A stretch of 63,759 bases of DNA, filler included, from Lama guanicoe (taxonomy: Eukaryota): the NCBI GenBank assembly GCA_013239625.1. It is 206 parts of 206 records of this genome, joined end to end, with 100 filler letters (N's around TTAATTAATTAA, not from the genome) between each part and the next. Parts side by side here need not be neighbours in the genome. Positions count along the whole stretch, not along the records: positions 11,161 to 11,370 come from PNXV01035856.1; positions 11,471 to 11,679 come from PNXV01035857.1; positions 11,780 to 11,989 come from PNXV01035858.1; positions 12,090 to 12,299 come from PNXV01035859.1; positions 12,400 to 12,609 come from PNXV01035860.1; positions 12,710 to 12,919 come from PNXV01035861.1; positions 13,020 to 13,229 come from PNXV01035862.1; positions 13,330 to 13,539 come from PNXV01035863.1; 198 more parts are not named here. One strand, 5' to 3'. The notes beneath the pieces are model-generated. The model ran no database searches. It was not told where the DNA came from and saw only the letters and a program-made list of their open reading frames with translations. Both the position numbers and the translations under genes were made by a program. Below, piece after piece: positions 11,061 to 24,893 of this stretch (position 1 is the first letter of the stretch; every line of letters starts with the position of its first letter).

Positions 11061-13029
11061 NNNNNNNNNNNNNNNNNNNNNNNNNNNNNNNNNNNNNNNN
11101 NNNNTTAATTAATTAANNNNNNNNNNNNNNNNNNNNNNNNNNNNNNNNNNNNNNNNNNNNCAACATATTTATGCTTATAAGAATTTCAAGACTGAGAAAA
11201 CAGTGAGCAGAAATATTTCAGTTTTGTTGACCACTGCTGTTTTGTTGCTCTGCTAGGGCATCTTCTCATTTCAAGGAAAGACAGATGTTCTCAGTGTTGG
11301 GGAGGAAGGGGAGATACCTGTCAGATTATTCTCTGGGTCAAAAATTGCAATTGCTCTGTCTTGTTAAAACNNNNNNNNNNNNNNNNNNNNNNNNNNNNNN
11401 NNNNNNNNNNNNNNTTAATTAATTAANNNNNNNNNNNNNNNNNNNNNNNNNNNNNNNNNNNNNNNNNNNNTCCTACTGTCTCTGTGCCAGGGAATGCTAG
11501 GAGGGTTTGCAGGAATTCCTAGTGAAGAAGGCTACCTCCCTAAGGTCAGGGAAGGTATTTCCCGGACTTCCCCGGACAGAGAACACCAGTGACTGAAGAG
11601 AGCTGCGTGGAGTTGTCTCACGAACTCCCTCACGCACTGAGAATGGTTCCGGAACACTGAGCGTGGGGAGGTTCCACCANNNNNNNNNNNNNNNNNNNNN
11701 NNNNNNNNNNNNNNNNNNNNNNNTTAATTAATTAANNNNNNNNNNNNNNNNNNNNNNNNNNNNNNNNNNNNNNNNNNNNTTTTTTTCAGTTAGGACCACA
11801 GTATAATGAGTTAACATACAATTTGTGTTGTCAAAAACATTTTTAACTTGCAACTGTTCGGACCATTCATTGCCGAACAGTTAAAGTTAATATAAAAGCA
11901 TTTGCAACTGTATCTTCCTAGGTGGTGGGTCTATGAGGCCCTCAAAGCGTATTCCATGAGGAGCAGGAAAGACTGGATCTTACCTAGATNNNNNNNNNNN
12001 NNNNNNNNNNNNNNNNNNNNNNNNNNNNNNNNNTTAATTAATTAANNNNNNNNNNNNNNNNNNNNNNNNNNNNNNNNNNNNNNNNNNNNACACCACGCCA
12101 AAAAAGCAGAGAAGACATCAGATTTCCTTACAGAGGCCCACCCTTAACGAGATCTAGTTCACCCAAAGTGCTGATGCTCATCGCCCTTGTAGGAGTCCAC
12201 AGGTAATTTAGAGGTACTGTGGAAGATTAGGAGCCACTGTGTTTTAGGTACTGTGGATGACCTGGATGGAGTCCAAACAGGGTGACTTCTGATTTCTAGN
12301 NNNNNNNNNNNNNNNNNNNNNNNNNNNNNNNNNNNNNNNNNNNTTAATTAATTAANNNNNNNNNNNNNNNNNNNNNNNNNNNNNNNNNNNNNNNNNNNNT
12401 TGAAAAAAATAATTAAGAAGGGGGAAAAACTAGTCTGTATAACAGTAAGTCAGAAAAGGTCTTAAAAGAGAGACAGGAAAATGCAAACAAAAGTGAAAAA
12501 AAAAAACAAATATTTTCAGTTAAACCTAAATAAATTATACAATATGAATCTAGCCTGAAAAAGAATTACAAAGAGGACAAATTAAAAACACAATTTTAAT
12601 TCACAAATANNNNNNNNNNNNNNNNNNNNNNNNNNNNNNNNNNNNNNNNNNNNTTAATTAATTAANNNNNNNNNNNNNNNNNNNNNNNNNNNNNNNNNNN
12701 NNNNNNNNNGGAACACATACCATTAATAAAGGCCGACGTGACGCTGGTGGGGGGCCCGGACTGCACCGCAGAGGGGCTGCGCCGTCCACGAAGTCCGAGA
12801 GGACGACGTGCTGAAGAGCGGCGGCGGGAGGACAAACGAGCAGCGGCCGCACGCAAATCAAACCCTCGGTGGTGGGCACACGCAGCGTGTACGGAAGCCG
12901 AAAAATAACATTACAAACGNNNNNNNNNNNNNNNNNNNNNNNNNNNNNNNNNNNNNNNNNNNNTTAATTAATTAANNNNNNNNNNNNNNNNNNNNNNNNN
13001 NNNNNNNNNNNNNNNNNNNAAGAAACTCT

Positions 13030-13165
13030 TAGCTATGAGACCCTGAATCCAAACTTTTCGTGCCTTAATTCCTTCATGTGTTAACGAGATAATAATCCGT
13101 CTACCTCAGCAGGTTCTGAGGATAAAACTGCAACAGTGACTGATACACAGCAAATACTTCCTATA
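13030..13165 (+). mobile_element. MIR SINE fragment
   Basis: tagctatgagaccctg...gtgccttaattccttcatgtgt...gataataat...tacctca...tgaggataaa resembles the MIR core. Confidence 0.5.
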
Positions 13166-13639
13166 AAACTTAAGCAATACAGTGCATCATAATTCATCAA
13201 CTTCCCTGTGCCTGTTTTTGCATTTTATTNNNNNNNNNNNNNNNNNNNNNNNNNNNNNNNNNNNNNNNNNNNNTTAATTAATTAANNNNNNNNNNNNNNN
13301 NNNNNNNNNNNNNNNNNNNNNNNNNNNNNACTTTTACCCTGACTCTAGTTGTGAATTTTCAACAAGGAAAATATCCAAAGAGTTGATTAATTATTTTCTG
13401 TCTTTTGTGCATGAGGGAATTAAAGAACAGGATCGTTGAATGGCTTAGGGTCAAGGAGTTACTACAAACTGAGACTAGAAAACAATTATCAGTTCTGGAG
13501 AAAGAAACACTACTTCATGCTGTTCTTCTTAGAAAGCTTNNNNNNNNNNNNNNNNNNNNNNNNNNNNNNNNNNNNNNNNNNNNTTAATTAATTAANNNNN
13601 NNNNNNNNNNNNNNNNNNNNNNNNNNNNNNNNNNNNNNN

Positions 13640-13849
13640 ATGCATGAATGCATAAACAAAATGTGGTATACGCCTACAGTGTAATATTAGCCACAAAAAA
13701 GGAGGAAATCCCGCCATTTGTGACATGGATGGACCTTGAGGGCCTTATGAAAGTCAGAGAAAGACAAAAACCTATGATCTCATTTATATGCGTAATCTAA
13801 AAACAAACACCCCAGACTCAGAGACACAGAACAGACTGATGGTTGGGGG
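13640..13849 (+). mobile_element. LINE-1 3' end fragment
   Basis: aaaatgtggtata...aaggaggaaatcccgccatttgtgacatggatggaccttgagggc...acagaacagactgatggttg. Confidence 0.8.
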
Positions 13850-14259
13850 NNNNNNNNNNNNNNNNNNNNNNNNNNNNNNNNNNNNNNNNNNNNTTAATTA
13901 ATTAANNNNNNNNNNNNNNNNNNNNNNNNNNNNNNNNNNNNNNNNNNNNTCCCCGAACATACAGTGATGCCCCAAAAGGTCTTCCCAGCTACAGTTAATG
14001 AAGCTTGGTGTGGAAAAGTGAATCAGGAGGGGCGAAATGTGTCTCCACAGAAAGCATCAAAACATTTCCTTTTTACATATAACAGATATAGAGAGAAATT
14101 ACAGGGTTCCCTGTGGCCAAATTGTCCACAGTGAGAAGACAACATGGCCCCCAATGAGANNNNNNNNNNNNNNNNNNNNNNNNNNNNNNNNNNNNNNNNN
14201 NNNTTAATTAATTAANNNNNNNNNNNNNNNNNNNNNNNNNNNNNNNNNNNNNNNNNNNN

Positions 14260-15089
14260 TAAATAATGGTCCATTTTCAGTAAAAATAAGTTGACCTCTT
14301 TTATTGTTATCTTGTGTTGTTGGGCTGTTATCAACCTAGCAGTGAAACATAATAATACTTATTTCTTTGGGTCACCTGTCTGAACTAATTCCATCACTTA
14401 TGTGGGTTATTTTTTCTGATGGACTACTACTTGTCCATGAAGAATAACTAGAAAGGTAGATGATCTAAANNNNNNNNNNNNNNNNNNNNNNNNNNNNNNN
14501 NNNNNNNNNNNNNTTAATTAATTAANNNNNNNNNNNNNNNNNNNNNNNNNNNNNNNNNNNNNNNNNNNNGCCTCTCTGCGTCCCGAGGACATTTTGCCTT
14601 CTGTGAAGCTTTTTGGTTCTCATGGTTGTCGCCATCATAGTGCGAAAGATCCTTGACAATTAGCACCTTGCTTGACCCTGAATTCAATTAAGGAAGCAAA
14701 CATCCTGCTTTCTAATTCTGATCATGTCCATGAAGAACTGGCCCAGAGCACATGGTGAACCATTGTGATGACAGCAAGTNNNNNNNNNNNNNNNNNNNNN
14801 NNNNNNNNNNNNNNNNNNNNNNNTTAATTAATTAANNNNNNNNNNNNNNNNNNNNNNNNNNNNNNNNNNNNNNNNNNNNTAAATAATGGTCCATTTTCAG
14901 TAAAAATAAGTTGACCTCTTTTATTGTTCTCTTGTGTTGTTGGGCTGTTATCAACCTCGCAGTGAAACATAATAGTACTTATTTCTTTGGGTCACGTGTC
15001 TGAACTAATTCCATCACTTATGTGGGTTATTTTTTCTGAGGGACTACTACTTGTCCATGAAGAATAACTAGAAAGGTAGATGATCTAAA
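14260..15089 (+). repeat. Near-identical contig pair 14260-14469 / 14880-15089 (assembly bubble arms)
   Basis: 5 substitutions at offsets 50, 79, 96, 117, 161. Confidence 0.95.
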
Positions 15090-18000
15090 NNNNNNNNNNN
15101 NNNNNNNNNNNNNNNNNNNNNNNNNNNNNNNNNTTAATTAATTAANNNNNNNNNNNNNNNNNNNNNNNNNNNNNNNNNNNNNNNNNNNNTTTGACTCGAC
15201 TTACCTGTCCTTTAATATTTTAATCCAGGACTTTTTTTAGAACCAGAATGTTTGCCATTGAGCAGTCACAGAAAGATAACTGGAATTTACATGGGCCCAT
15301 CTGTTAATATCGTATGTAGGAGACTTTCCGTTTTCTTTCCCTTTGATCTAGATCTGATGTTAACTGTACTGTGGCAAAGTATCTACCTCCTTATCCAGTN
15401 NNNNNNNNNNNNNNNNNNNNNNNNNNNNNNNNNNNNNNNNNNNTTAATTAATTAANNNNNNNNNNNNNNNNNNNNNNNNNNNNNNNNNNNNNNNNNNNNT
15501 GACATTGTGATACATGAAATATTATATTAGTACAGGATTCAAAAAACTTAAGGGCACAGATTTCGACCACCACGTTATGACCTGTCATATTCACTTATCA
15601 TACAGTTATCAAGCACTTCTCAAGTACTTAGTATTTATCAAGCCAAGAAGGAGATCATGGTGGATTGACTTGAGAAAGTTACTTTACCTATTGACGCATG
15701 TGCAAAATGNNNNNNNNNNNNNNNNNNNNNNNNNNNNNNNNNNNNNNNNNNNNTTAATTAATTAANNNNNNNNNNNNNNNNNNNNNNNNNNNNNNNNNNN
15801 NNNNNNNNNGCTTCAACAGGACTTCAACTGGACTTCACACGAATGCAAGTTCCCTTCTCTTGTGATAACCGAAGAGACACATTGGGGTGTGTTTACTTCA
15901 GCATGCGGTGTTACCCTGACTAATCAGAGAGAAGTTAGGAGCATTTGGGATAGGTATTCTGTGGCTGTGCTGTGGCTTGTTCACACATGGGTAAACTCTG
16001 CGTGATGCTCCATTGTTAANNNNNNNNNNNNNNNNNNNNNNNNNNNNNNNNNNNNNNNNNNNNTTAATTAATTAANNNNNNNNNNNNNNNNNNNNNNNNN
16101 NNNNNNNNNNNNNNNNNNNCCAGAAAACTCCTAGTAGAGGTTTCTTTAGACTTCACCGGCCAGCTCTCGCTGCAGGAGAAGCCTTCTAACCCCCTAAGTG
16201 GGAGGCGGCCAGGAAGGAGCCCCAGCACATGCTGCCCCGATGAACACATGCTCCCTAGTGCTGCTGTTCTGAGAGCAGGAATGAGGTGCCGGTGAGTAAC
16301 TTGATATGGATGGAGAAAGAGCCCTGAAANNNNNNNNNNNNNNNNNNNNNNNNNNNNNNNNNNNNNNNNNNNNTTAATTAATTAANNNNNNNNNNNNNNN
16401 NNNNNNNNNNNNNNNNNNNNNNNNNNNNNGTTCTGGGCGGAAACGTCTTCCAGGCAGAACGGGGACAGCCAGGGCAAAAGCTGCTTCACTGGGCTTTTTG
16501 TAGATGAGGAAGGCGGTCAGCGTGGCTGGAGCCCAGGGGCCAGAAGCCAAGCTCAGGCACCGGGGGGTCAGACGTGTGGGGTCTCGGGCATGCAGATCTT
16601 CCTCCGAGACCCAAACACAGGCTGGCGGCCGGGCGGGGGNNNNNNNNNNNNNNNNNNNNNNNNNNNNNNNNNNNNNNNNNNNNTTAATTAATTAANNNNN
16701 NNNNNNNNNNNNNNNNNNNNNNNNNNNNNNNNNNNNNNNCTGGGCTTCTTTTCTTAAGCTGTTCTATAAACCTGGAATCTGGTTACTTTCTGTCATCATC
16801 TGCTGGTGCTTTATCAGAGACCTGACCTGGGTGATGGAGGGGTAAGCATCATGGCTCGTTCAGCCTCCTTTGTGCCTGATCATCCTTCTAGCATGGCTCG
16901 ATTGCAGCTCTTATTCTGCGCTGTGTTTTCTTTGAGGGCAGGGAAACTGNNNNNNNNNNNNNNNNNNNNNNNNNNNNNNNNNNNNNNNNNNNNTTAATTA
17001 ATTAANNNNNNNNNNNNNNNNNNNNNNNNNNNNNNNNNNNNNNNNNNNNATGGTTTCATCAGTCACTGAATTACACAATCACATTGTTTTGAATATTGAT
17101 GTCCCTAAAATTTCTATTTCATGGTTTAAAATAGATTTTTATTATCATTTAATATTAGATGGCTTTGAGATTTATCAAAATATTGCCTACTTTTTTGTTA
17201 TATTTTCTAATTTTCACCTGTGTTCATTTTCTCCCAGTAGAAGTTGATTTCTCAGGAATNNNNNNNNNNNNNNNNNNNNNNNNNNNNNNNNNNNNNNNNN
17301 NNNTTAATTAATTAANNNNNNNNNNNNNNNNNNNNNNNNNNNNNNNNNNNNNNNNNNNNTTTAACGCTTTGAGTTCACAGAAAAGATGCACCAGGATTCA
17401 AGACAGGGTGTGGGTCTTGCTCGCTCATGGAAGGAGCGGCCTTGCTGCCACAGAGGACTAGCCCTGTGTCTCACACCCCAGCTTCTAACTGCCTGAGACA
17501 CCTCGGGGGGCCGGGCCACACCCTGACCTTATTCTTAGAGTGCAGGGGGCTCCCCTCAACATCCTCACCNNNNNNNNNNNNNNNNNNNNNNNNNNNNNNN
17601 NNNNNNNNNNNNNTTAATTAATTAANNNNNNNNNNNNNNNNNNNNNNNNNNNNNNNNNNNNNNNNNNNNAAGGACAGCTTTCACACAAACATATCTCTCA
17701 GAACTGAGCATGTGTAGAAACGATCGTTAATCCAGGACAAAGGAAACGGGTTGCAATAGAAACACTTTCTCTGGATTCTCAGTCTGTTTACTAGTGCCCC
17801 TTTGAAGTTCCTTTGTTTTCATTATATAAACGAGTTGGAGCTTGTATCTCCCCATATATATGTACGTAGTGGAGTTTGCNNNNNNNNNNNNNNNNNNNNN
17901 NNNNNNNNNNNNNNNNNNNNNNNTTAATTAATTAANNNNNNNNNNNNNNNNNNNNNNNNNNNNNNNNNNNNNNNNNNNNAGCTGCACTTAGGTTCCCAGG

Positions 18001-18289
18001 GACCTGGTACTACTGCTGAGGAACTGGTAGGGCGAGGCAGAGGCTGCTGGGGGGCTGCCGAGAGTGTAGCCCCCGAGGGTGGAGCTGGAGGCAAGGCACA
18101 GGCTACTCTGGCTGGAGGGGGTCTGGGGCCGAGCCACCCACAACGGACAGCACAAGGCCCCGCACCAGCACCATGTGCATCGGGTCCTGNNNNNNNNNNN
18201 NNNNNNNNNNNNNNNNNNNNNNNNNNNNNNNNNTTAATTAATTAANNNNNNNNNNNNNNNNNNNNNNNNNNNNNNNNNNNNNNNNNNNN

Positions 18290-18499
18290 GCCCAGAAATA
18301 AACCCACAAACTTTTGGTCAATTAATCTTTGACAAAGATGCAAGACCATACAATGGAGTAAAGACATTCTCCTCAGCATATGGTGGTGGGGAAACTGGAG
18401 AGCTGCATGCAAATCAGTGAAGTTACAGCACTCCCTCCCTCACACCATATACAAAAATAAACTCAAAATGGCTTAAAGACTTACATATAAGACAAGACA
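18290..18499 (+). mobile_element. LINE-1 ORF2 fragment
   Basis: cccagaaataaacccaca...ggtcaattaatctttgacaaag...cacaccatatacaaaaataaactcaaaatggcttaaagactta. Confidence 0.92.
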
Positions 18500-21400
18500 N
18501 NNNNNNNNNNNNNNNNNNNNNNNNNNNNNNNNNNNNNNNNNNNTTAATTAATTAANNNNNNNNNNNNNNNNNNNNNNNNNNNNNNNNNNNNNNNNNNNNA
18601 TCTGCAAGTGATTCTGACATTTTTGTCTAGAAAATAAAGCTCAAACTCCTAAAAAGATCATGATCTCTATTCCCTCACCTCTTGGTTTTCTCCTTCGTGC
18701 AGCCTTTTTCTAGTCATACTATTCTGCTTTCCATTCTATCATCACACCATTTCCCCTCACGCCTAGCTTATACTCTGTTCTCTGTCTGCAGGTCTCTACT
18801 CATCTTGCTNNNNNNNNNNNNNNNNNNNNNNNNNNNNNNNNNNNNNNNNNNNNTTAATTAATTAANNNNNNNNNNNNNNNNNNNNNNNNNNNNNNNNNNN
18901 NNNNNNNNNGACTGTTAAGGCTCCTGTTCATGAAACAGTTACCCTGCTCCAGGCTCACACTGAATGCTTTATGCTGATTCATGTTCTTCTCAGTCTGGGC
19001 CCGTGCCGGGGGGCGCTGTGACTGTCCTCGTCTACAGATGCCCAGTCCCAGGCTCTCCTTGTACCTTATGCCTGGTCATAGAGCCACCACTGTGTTGTGA
19101 ATCCAGCACTTGAACTCAGNNNNNNNNNNNNNNNNNNNNNNNNNNNNNNNNNNNNNNNNNNNNTTAATTAATTAANNNNNNNNNNNNNNNNNNNNNNNNN
19201 NNNNNNNNNNNNNNNNNNNACTTTTAATTAATTAATATACAGAAAATATAGAGCAAATTATAAAAACAGAGAAAATAACTTAAAAGGTATTACTTATAAT
19301 AAGATAAAAATATGAAATACTTGTGAATAAAACAAAGTATTTGTAAGGGCTCTATGGAGAAAATTGCAAAACATTATTGTGACAAATAAAAGATCTAAAT
19401 AAACTGAGCATTTATTGTTTGGAAGTCTCNNNNNNNNNNNNNNNNNNNNNNNNNNNNNNNNNNNNNNNNNNNNTTAATTAATTAANNNNNNNNNNNNNNN
19501 NNNNNNNNNNNNNNNNNNNNNNNNNNNNNATCCATTCTGTTACCCATGACAGGCGTGAGGGAATCACACACTGACTAACGACAAACACACTGACTTCCAC
19601 TGCTTGATTTACTTGCTTGGTTGCCTTGGTGTATTTTCAAGTGTATCGCGATAACAAGACATTCATGACAATAATGACTAATGTGTATCGAGTGCTGTCT
19701 GTCAGGCACTGCTCATTGGTAGATATCATCTCATTTAATNNNNNNNNNNNNNNNNNNNNNNNNNNNNNNNNNNNNNNNNNNNNTTAATTAATTAANNNNN
19801 NNNNNNNNNNNNNNNNNNNNNNNNNNNNNNNNNNNNNNNGCTGTGGGCAGAGTTTATCAGAGGAATCGGGTATATAAAGAGACTCAGCAGATCTGTACAA
19901 CCCCGTAGGTCAACTCCTCTGAGCTTCAGTAGTGAGATAATGCAGCCTTGAGAAGCAATAATGGAGTCCACTGAGCAGACTTCAGAGAATCCCCATTTGG
20001 GTTCACAGAGTGGCTTAATTTTCAGCACTTCATACATTTCCACAATTTGNNNNNNNNNNNNNNNNNNNNNNNNNNNNNNNNNNNNNNNNNNNNTTAATTA
20101 ATTAANNNNNNNNNNNNNNNNNNNNNNNNNNNNNNNNNNNNNNNNNNNNTATTTCGGAGTTACAAGCTTAAAATAAGAAGCCACCTTATTCAGCTCTTCA
20201 GCCTTTTTTATGAATTTGCTCCGCTCTTTACAACAGAACATTGTATACCTCAGTTGCACATTCCCAAAATATATGTGCTGTAAGAAAACTTATACTTTCG
20301 TCTAAAAAAATTACACATATAAATCAAAACTCTTGTCAAATATTTAATACTCCCTCCACNNNNNNNNNNNNNNNNNNNNNNNNNNNNNNNNNNNNNNNNN
20401 NNNTTAATTAATTAANNNNNNNNNNNNNNNNNNNNNNNNNNNNNNNNNNNNNNNNNNNNGGTATGAGCATTTGACGCCCTGACACCCTTAGCTGTGACAT
20501 TCACAAGAGTCCTGTCAGAGCTGCCAGAGACCGGCTGCCGAGCAGTCTGGCTGTCCCTAGGCAGCAGCCTGATGACTAGCATACTTCAGCTCTGAGGCCA
20601 GCTGGCCACACTTTTCAGACATGTGACTGCTAGGGCTACAGTAAGGCCAAATAGGTTTAGAAAGTTTAGNNNNNNNNNNNNNNNNNNNNNNNNNNNNNNN
20701 NNNNNNNNNNNNNTTAATTAATTAANNNNNNNNNNNNNNNNNNNNNNNNNNNNNNNNNNNNNNNNNNNNCTTGATTTTCATCCATTTAGTAACGTTACTG
20801 AGTGTGTACCTTGACTTACGTGCTAAGCAGTAGGATTGAAGTGGTTTTTACACTCTGGTGTTTACTCTCTAACGGGAAAGTGATCACATTTACTGAATAT
20901 GGTGAGGTGCAGAGTGCTCCCTTTTATACCCATAAAAAGTGGAGCAAAAGTTTGCGGAGTAGTCCAGGAGGGTTTCCTGNNNNNNNNNNNNNNNNNNNNN
21001 NNNNNNNNNNNNNNNNNNNNNNNTTAATTAATTAANNNNNNNNNNNNNNNNNNNNNNNNNNNNNNNNNNNNNNNNNNNNAGATACTGAGCGCCTGCATCT
21101 CACAAGCTCTGGGCCAGAGACGCTGCTGTCACAAGAGGCAACAGCAATCCCGGGTGCCCTCCCCGGAAGCTCGCGGGACGGAGGACGCCGCAGGGCACGC
21201 ACGGCCAGACCGGCACAGAGAGGTGACTTGTTACAACAACTAAACAAGGAGGCCATCAGACTAGGTGGCTCTCAATGCCTCGGTGGCCTNNNNNNNNNNN
21301 NNNNNNNNNNNNNNNNNNNNNNNNNNNNNNNNNTTAATTAATTAANNNNNNNNNNNNNNNNNNNNNNNNNNNNNNNNNNNNNNNNNNNNCACATAATGTA

Positions 21401-23869
21401 CTGAGCCAAGCTGGCATGACCTTAGGCAGCACATAAAGGCCCTGACATGGTCACAGGAGTGTCATCCCAGAAGCCAGAAAATTTCCCTGCAGGCCAATGG
21501 CCCCAGCCCCAATCCCAAAATTGGATTGATGACTTCCATCTGCCCTGCTAGCCTAGAGCAGAGCAAGTAGGTCTGCAGGGGCTTTCCTGTGCCAGGGGCN
21601 NNNNNNNNNNNNNNNNNNNNNNNNNNNNNNNNNNNNNNNNNNNTTAATTAATTAANNNNNNNNNNNNNNNNNNNNNNNNNNNNNNNNNNNNNNNNNNNNT
21701 CTAAGAAGGAAAATCAAATTATTGTTCGTTTAACGTTTAATTGCATTTGTTATAGCTAGTACTCTGGCTTCAGGTGGAATTTATGGTACGCTAATGTGAG
21801 AGTTTTATGTGTTCTATGTCTGCTTTACAGCACTTTGGGGTCTCCTGCATAATCGACATATACAATACACTTATGCCCGTTTTATGTGAGTTGGAGCACA
21901 ATTTTACAANNNNNNNNNNNNNNNNNNNNNNNNNNNNNNNNNNNNNNNNNNNNTTAATTAATTAANNNNNNNNNNNNNNNNNNNNNNNNNNNNNNNNNNN
22001 NNNNNNNNNCTTAGAATAAGAGTTAAACAGAGGGACATGACACACTCTGTTGGGGGTTCAAGGTTATTTCTTTGGCAAATTATGTAGCCTCTCTGTGCCT
22101 TTGTTGCATCTTCTGTGAATGCCCCCGGGCCCCTGATCACAGCTGATTTCCTTAACTAGAAGTTGGGGGGGAGGCTGTTGAAGGGAGTAAGAGGTGGCAA
22201 CTGCTAGGAACAAAGAAGANNNNNNNNNNNNNNNNNNNNNNNNNNNNNNNNNNNNNNNNNNNNTTAATTAATTAANNNNNNNNNNNNNNNNNNNNNNNNN
22301 NNNNNNNNNNNNNNNNNNNCAAAGTGATGAAACATGAGGGAGAGTCCACAACTGACTCCTGGCCAACTGTTTACCTCTTACCATAGGGAATTCTTGTAAT
22401 GTGGGGCGAACAAATCTCTGAGTTGAAGGATTACTGAGGGTCCTATGAATGAATGTAAGTGAAAGGGCTGTCTAAGCTAATGATCGCCGATTTGCCTAGT
22501 CAGAGGAATCACCTGGTGCACTTGTTAAGNNNNNNNNNNNNNNNNNNNNNNNNNNNNNNNNNNNNNNNNNNNNTTAATTAATTAANNNNNNNNNNNNNNN
22601 NNNNNNNNNNNNNNNNNNNNNNNNNNNNNGCCCGGGAGCCCCTGCAGGTCAAGCAGTGACACAGCTGTGGCTCAGCTGGGACGTGCGGGCACTCTCACGG
22701 CCTCCGCCTTTGGTGTGTGTGTTCTGCACAGCAGGTGAGAGCAAACAGTAAGTGTATAAAGACTCTGCTTAACTAAGAAAAAGTACACTGTGAAGCACTG
22801 AGACAGAAGAGAAAGATTTTCCCCAAACAGCTTGTTCTTNNNNNNNNNNNNNNNNNNNNNNNNNNNNNNNNNNNNNNNNNNNNTTAATTAATTAANNNNN
22901 NNNNNNNNNNNNNNNNNNNNNNNNNNNNNNNNNNNNNNNTGGGAAAAAATATCAAAGCACAGTGAAGATAACTGGCCTCATCCTTACATGTCAGTACTTG
23001 GAGGGGAACCCTTCCCTTCGCCCATATTCCTCTTCCTTCTCTCTCTCTTTGAGAAGGAGAAACTGGACACGCAAGGAGTCAACTATCTTCTCTAAGTTAT
23101 GAAACTAGGAAAAGGCAGAGCTGGCTTATGGAGCAGTGTGGATATCGGTNNNNNNNNNNNNNNNNNNNNNNNNNNNNNNNNNNNNNNNNNNNNTTAATTA
23201 ATTAANNNNNNNNNNNNNNNNNNNNNNNNNNNNNNNNNNNNNNNNNNNNTTTCCTTCTCCTGAAATTTATCTCAGTCCATTCATTCGCCCATGTACTAGC
23301 GACAAACAAACAGATTTCTCAAACTCAGGTCTTTCTTCTGCATTTAAGGCGACCATACCTACTTTCTTGTCCTCTGGCCATCCTCACACTTTCGTTCTGC
23401 AGAAACCTCGGAGTCAAGTCTTGACACGTCAACAGAACACATGCTGATAACTTAGCATCNNNNNNNNNNNNNNNNNNNNNNNNNNNNNNNNNNNNNNNNN
23501 NNNTTAATTAATTAANNNNNNNNNNNNNNNNNNNNNNNNNNNNNNNNNNNNNNNNNNNNGTTACCTGGTGAGATTTTTCTACCTTGATTAAATCAGTTGG
23601 GTTGATTGGATATTTTTGTGATCTTTATTCAGTGTGGACCCCAGCTGAGTGACACCATTAATACAAATGACAGGAGTAGGTCATACCACTTATATTTGAA
23701 ACAGACTGTTTTTTCCTACATGGTCGATACATCTTGGTAAAATGTGGTTAGAGCTGTTATGTCAGTTTTNNNNNNNNNNNNNNNNNNNNNNNNNNNNNNN
23801 NNNNNNNNNNNNNTTAATTAATTAANNNNNNNNNNNNNNNNNNNNNNNNNNNNNNNNNNNNNNNNNNNN

Positions 23870-24079
23870 TAGAATACAAACTTGTGTTTGCCAAGGAGGA
23901 GGAGGGTAGGAAGGGACAACCTGGGAGTTTGAAATTTGTAGATACTGACAGGTATATATAGAATAGATAGACAAAATTATACTGTATAGCTCAGGGAAAT
24001 ATATACAAGATCTTGTCGTAGCCCATGGTGAAAAGAATGTGACAATGAATATATGTGTGTTCATGTATAACTGAAAAAT
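23870..24079 (+). mobile_element. Young lineage-specific LINE-1 3' UTR (camelid-type)
   Basis: caaacttgtgtttgccaagg...ttatactgtatagctcagggaaatatatacaagatcttgt...gtgacaatgaatatatgtgtgttcatgtataactgaaaaat; same family on the minus strand at 56420-56629. Confidence 0.75.
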
Positions 24080-24799
24080 NNNNNNNNNNNNNNNNNNNNN
24101 NNNNNNNNNNNNNNNNNNNNNNNTTAATTAATTAANNNNNNNNNNNNNNNNNNNNNNNNNNNNNNNNNNNNNNNNNNNNTACTCACCATGGGAGACCCCC
24201 TGGCTGGGGGTCAGGAGCCCAGGGCACGCGGTGGGCTGGACCAATAACAGGAATTATCAACAGGACTGGGGCATAATTTTGAAGAGATGAGTTAAATATA
24301 CAAGGAAGGTTGATGATGCCATACAGAGAGGACATCATGTTGGGCCTGGGTCTGGATCTGGGTCTCAGGGAAGGCAGGAGGTGGGAGCANNNNNNNNNNN
24401 NNNNNNNNNNNNNNNNNNNNNNNNNNNNNNNNNTTAATTAATTAANNNNNNNNNNNNNNNNNNNNNNNNNNNNNNNNNNNNNNNNNNNNACAGCAGCAGT
24501 AGCACATGAGTGTGTGCTCAGCAGAAGAGCCCCCATCAGCGGGCTCCCAGGAAATTCCTGGAACACAGACTGCACCTAATGTAGCTAGCACTAGGTTCTA
24601 TGCAACGAATCGGAAACATTTACCATGGTTTCAGCGAGGGAAAAACAATATGCTTAAAAGGGAAAGACTCCTGTTTCCAGGAGAAAGCCAGCAAACAAAN
24701 NNNNNNNNNNNNNNNNNNNNNNNNNNNNNNNNNNNNNNNNNNNTTAATTAATTAANNNNNNNNNNNNNNNNNNNNNNNNNNNNNNNNNNNNNNNNNNNN

Positions 24800-24893
24800 G
24801 CATGTACGAGGTGCTGGGTTCAATCCCCAGTACCTCTATTAAGTCAAACAATCAATCAATCTAAATTATCTCTCCCCAATAAATCAATCAATC
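24800..24893 (+). mobile_element. tRNA-derived SINE 3' part, vic-1-like (camelid)
   Basis: gcatgtacgaggtgctgggttcaatccccagtacctc has Pol III B-box GGTTCAATCCC and an A-rich (AATC)n tail; homologous to 57040-57138. Confidence 0.75.

Noticed and set aside
11922..11989. Possible exon after ttcctag reading WWVYEALKAYSMRSRKDWIL, vaguely dynein-heavy-chain-like
   Set aside because: Similarity is too weak and the frame is uncertain
19868..19882. TATA box (gggTATATAAAgag)
   Set aside because: Isolated motif with no identifiable downstream gene in the contig
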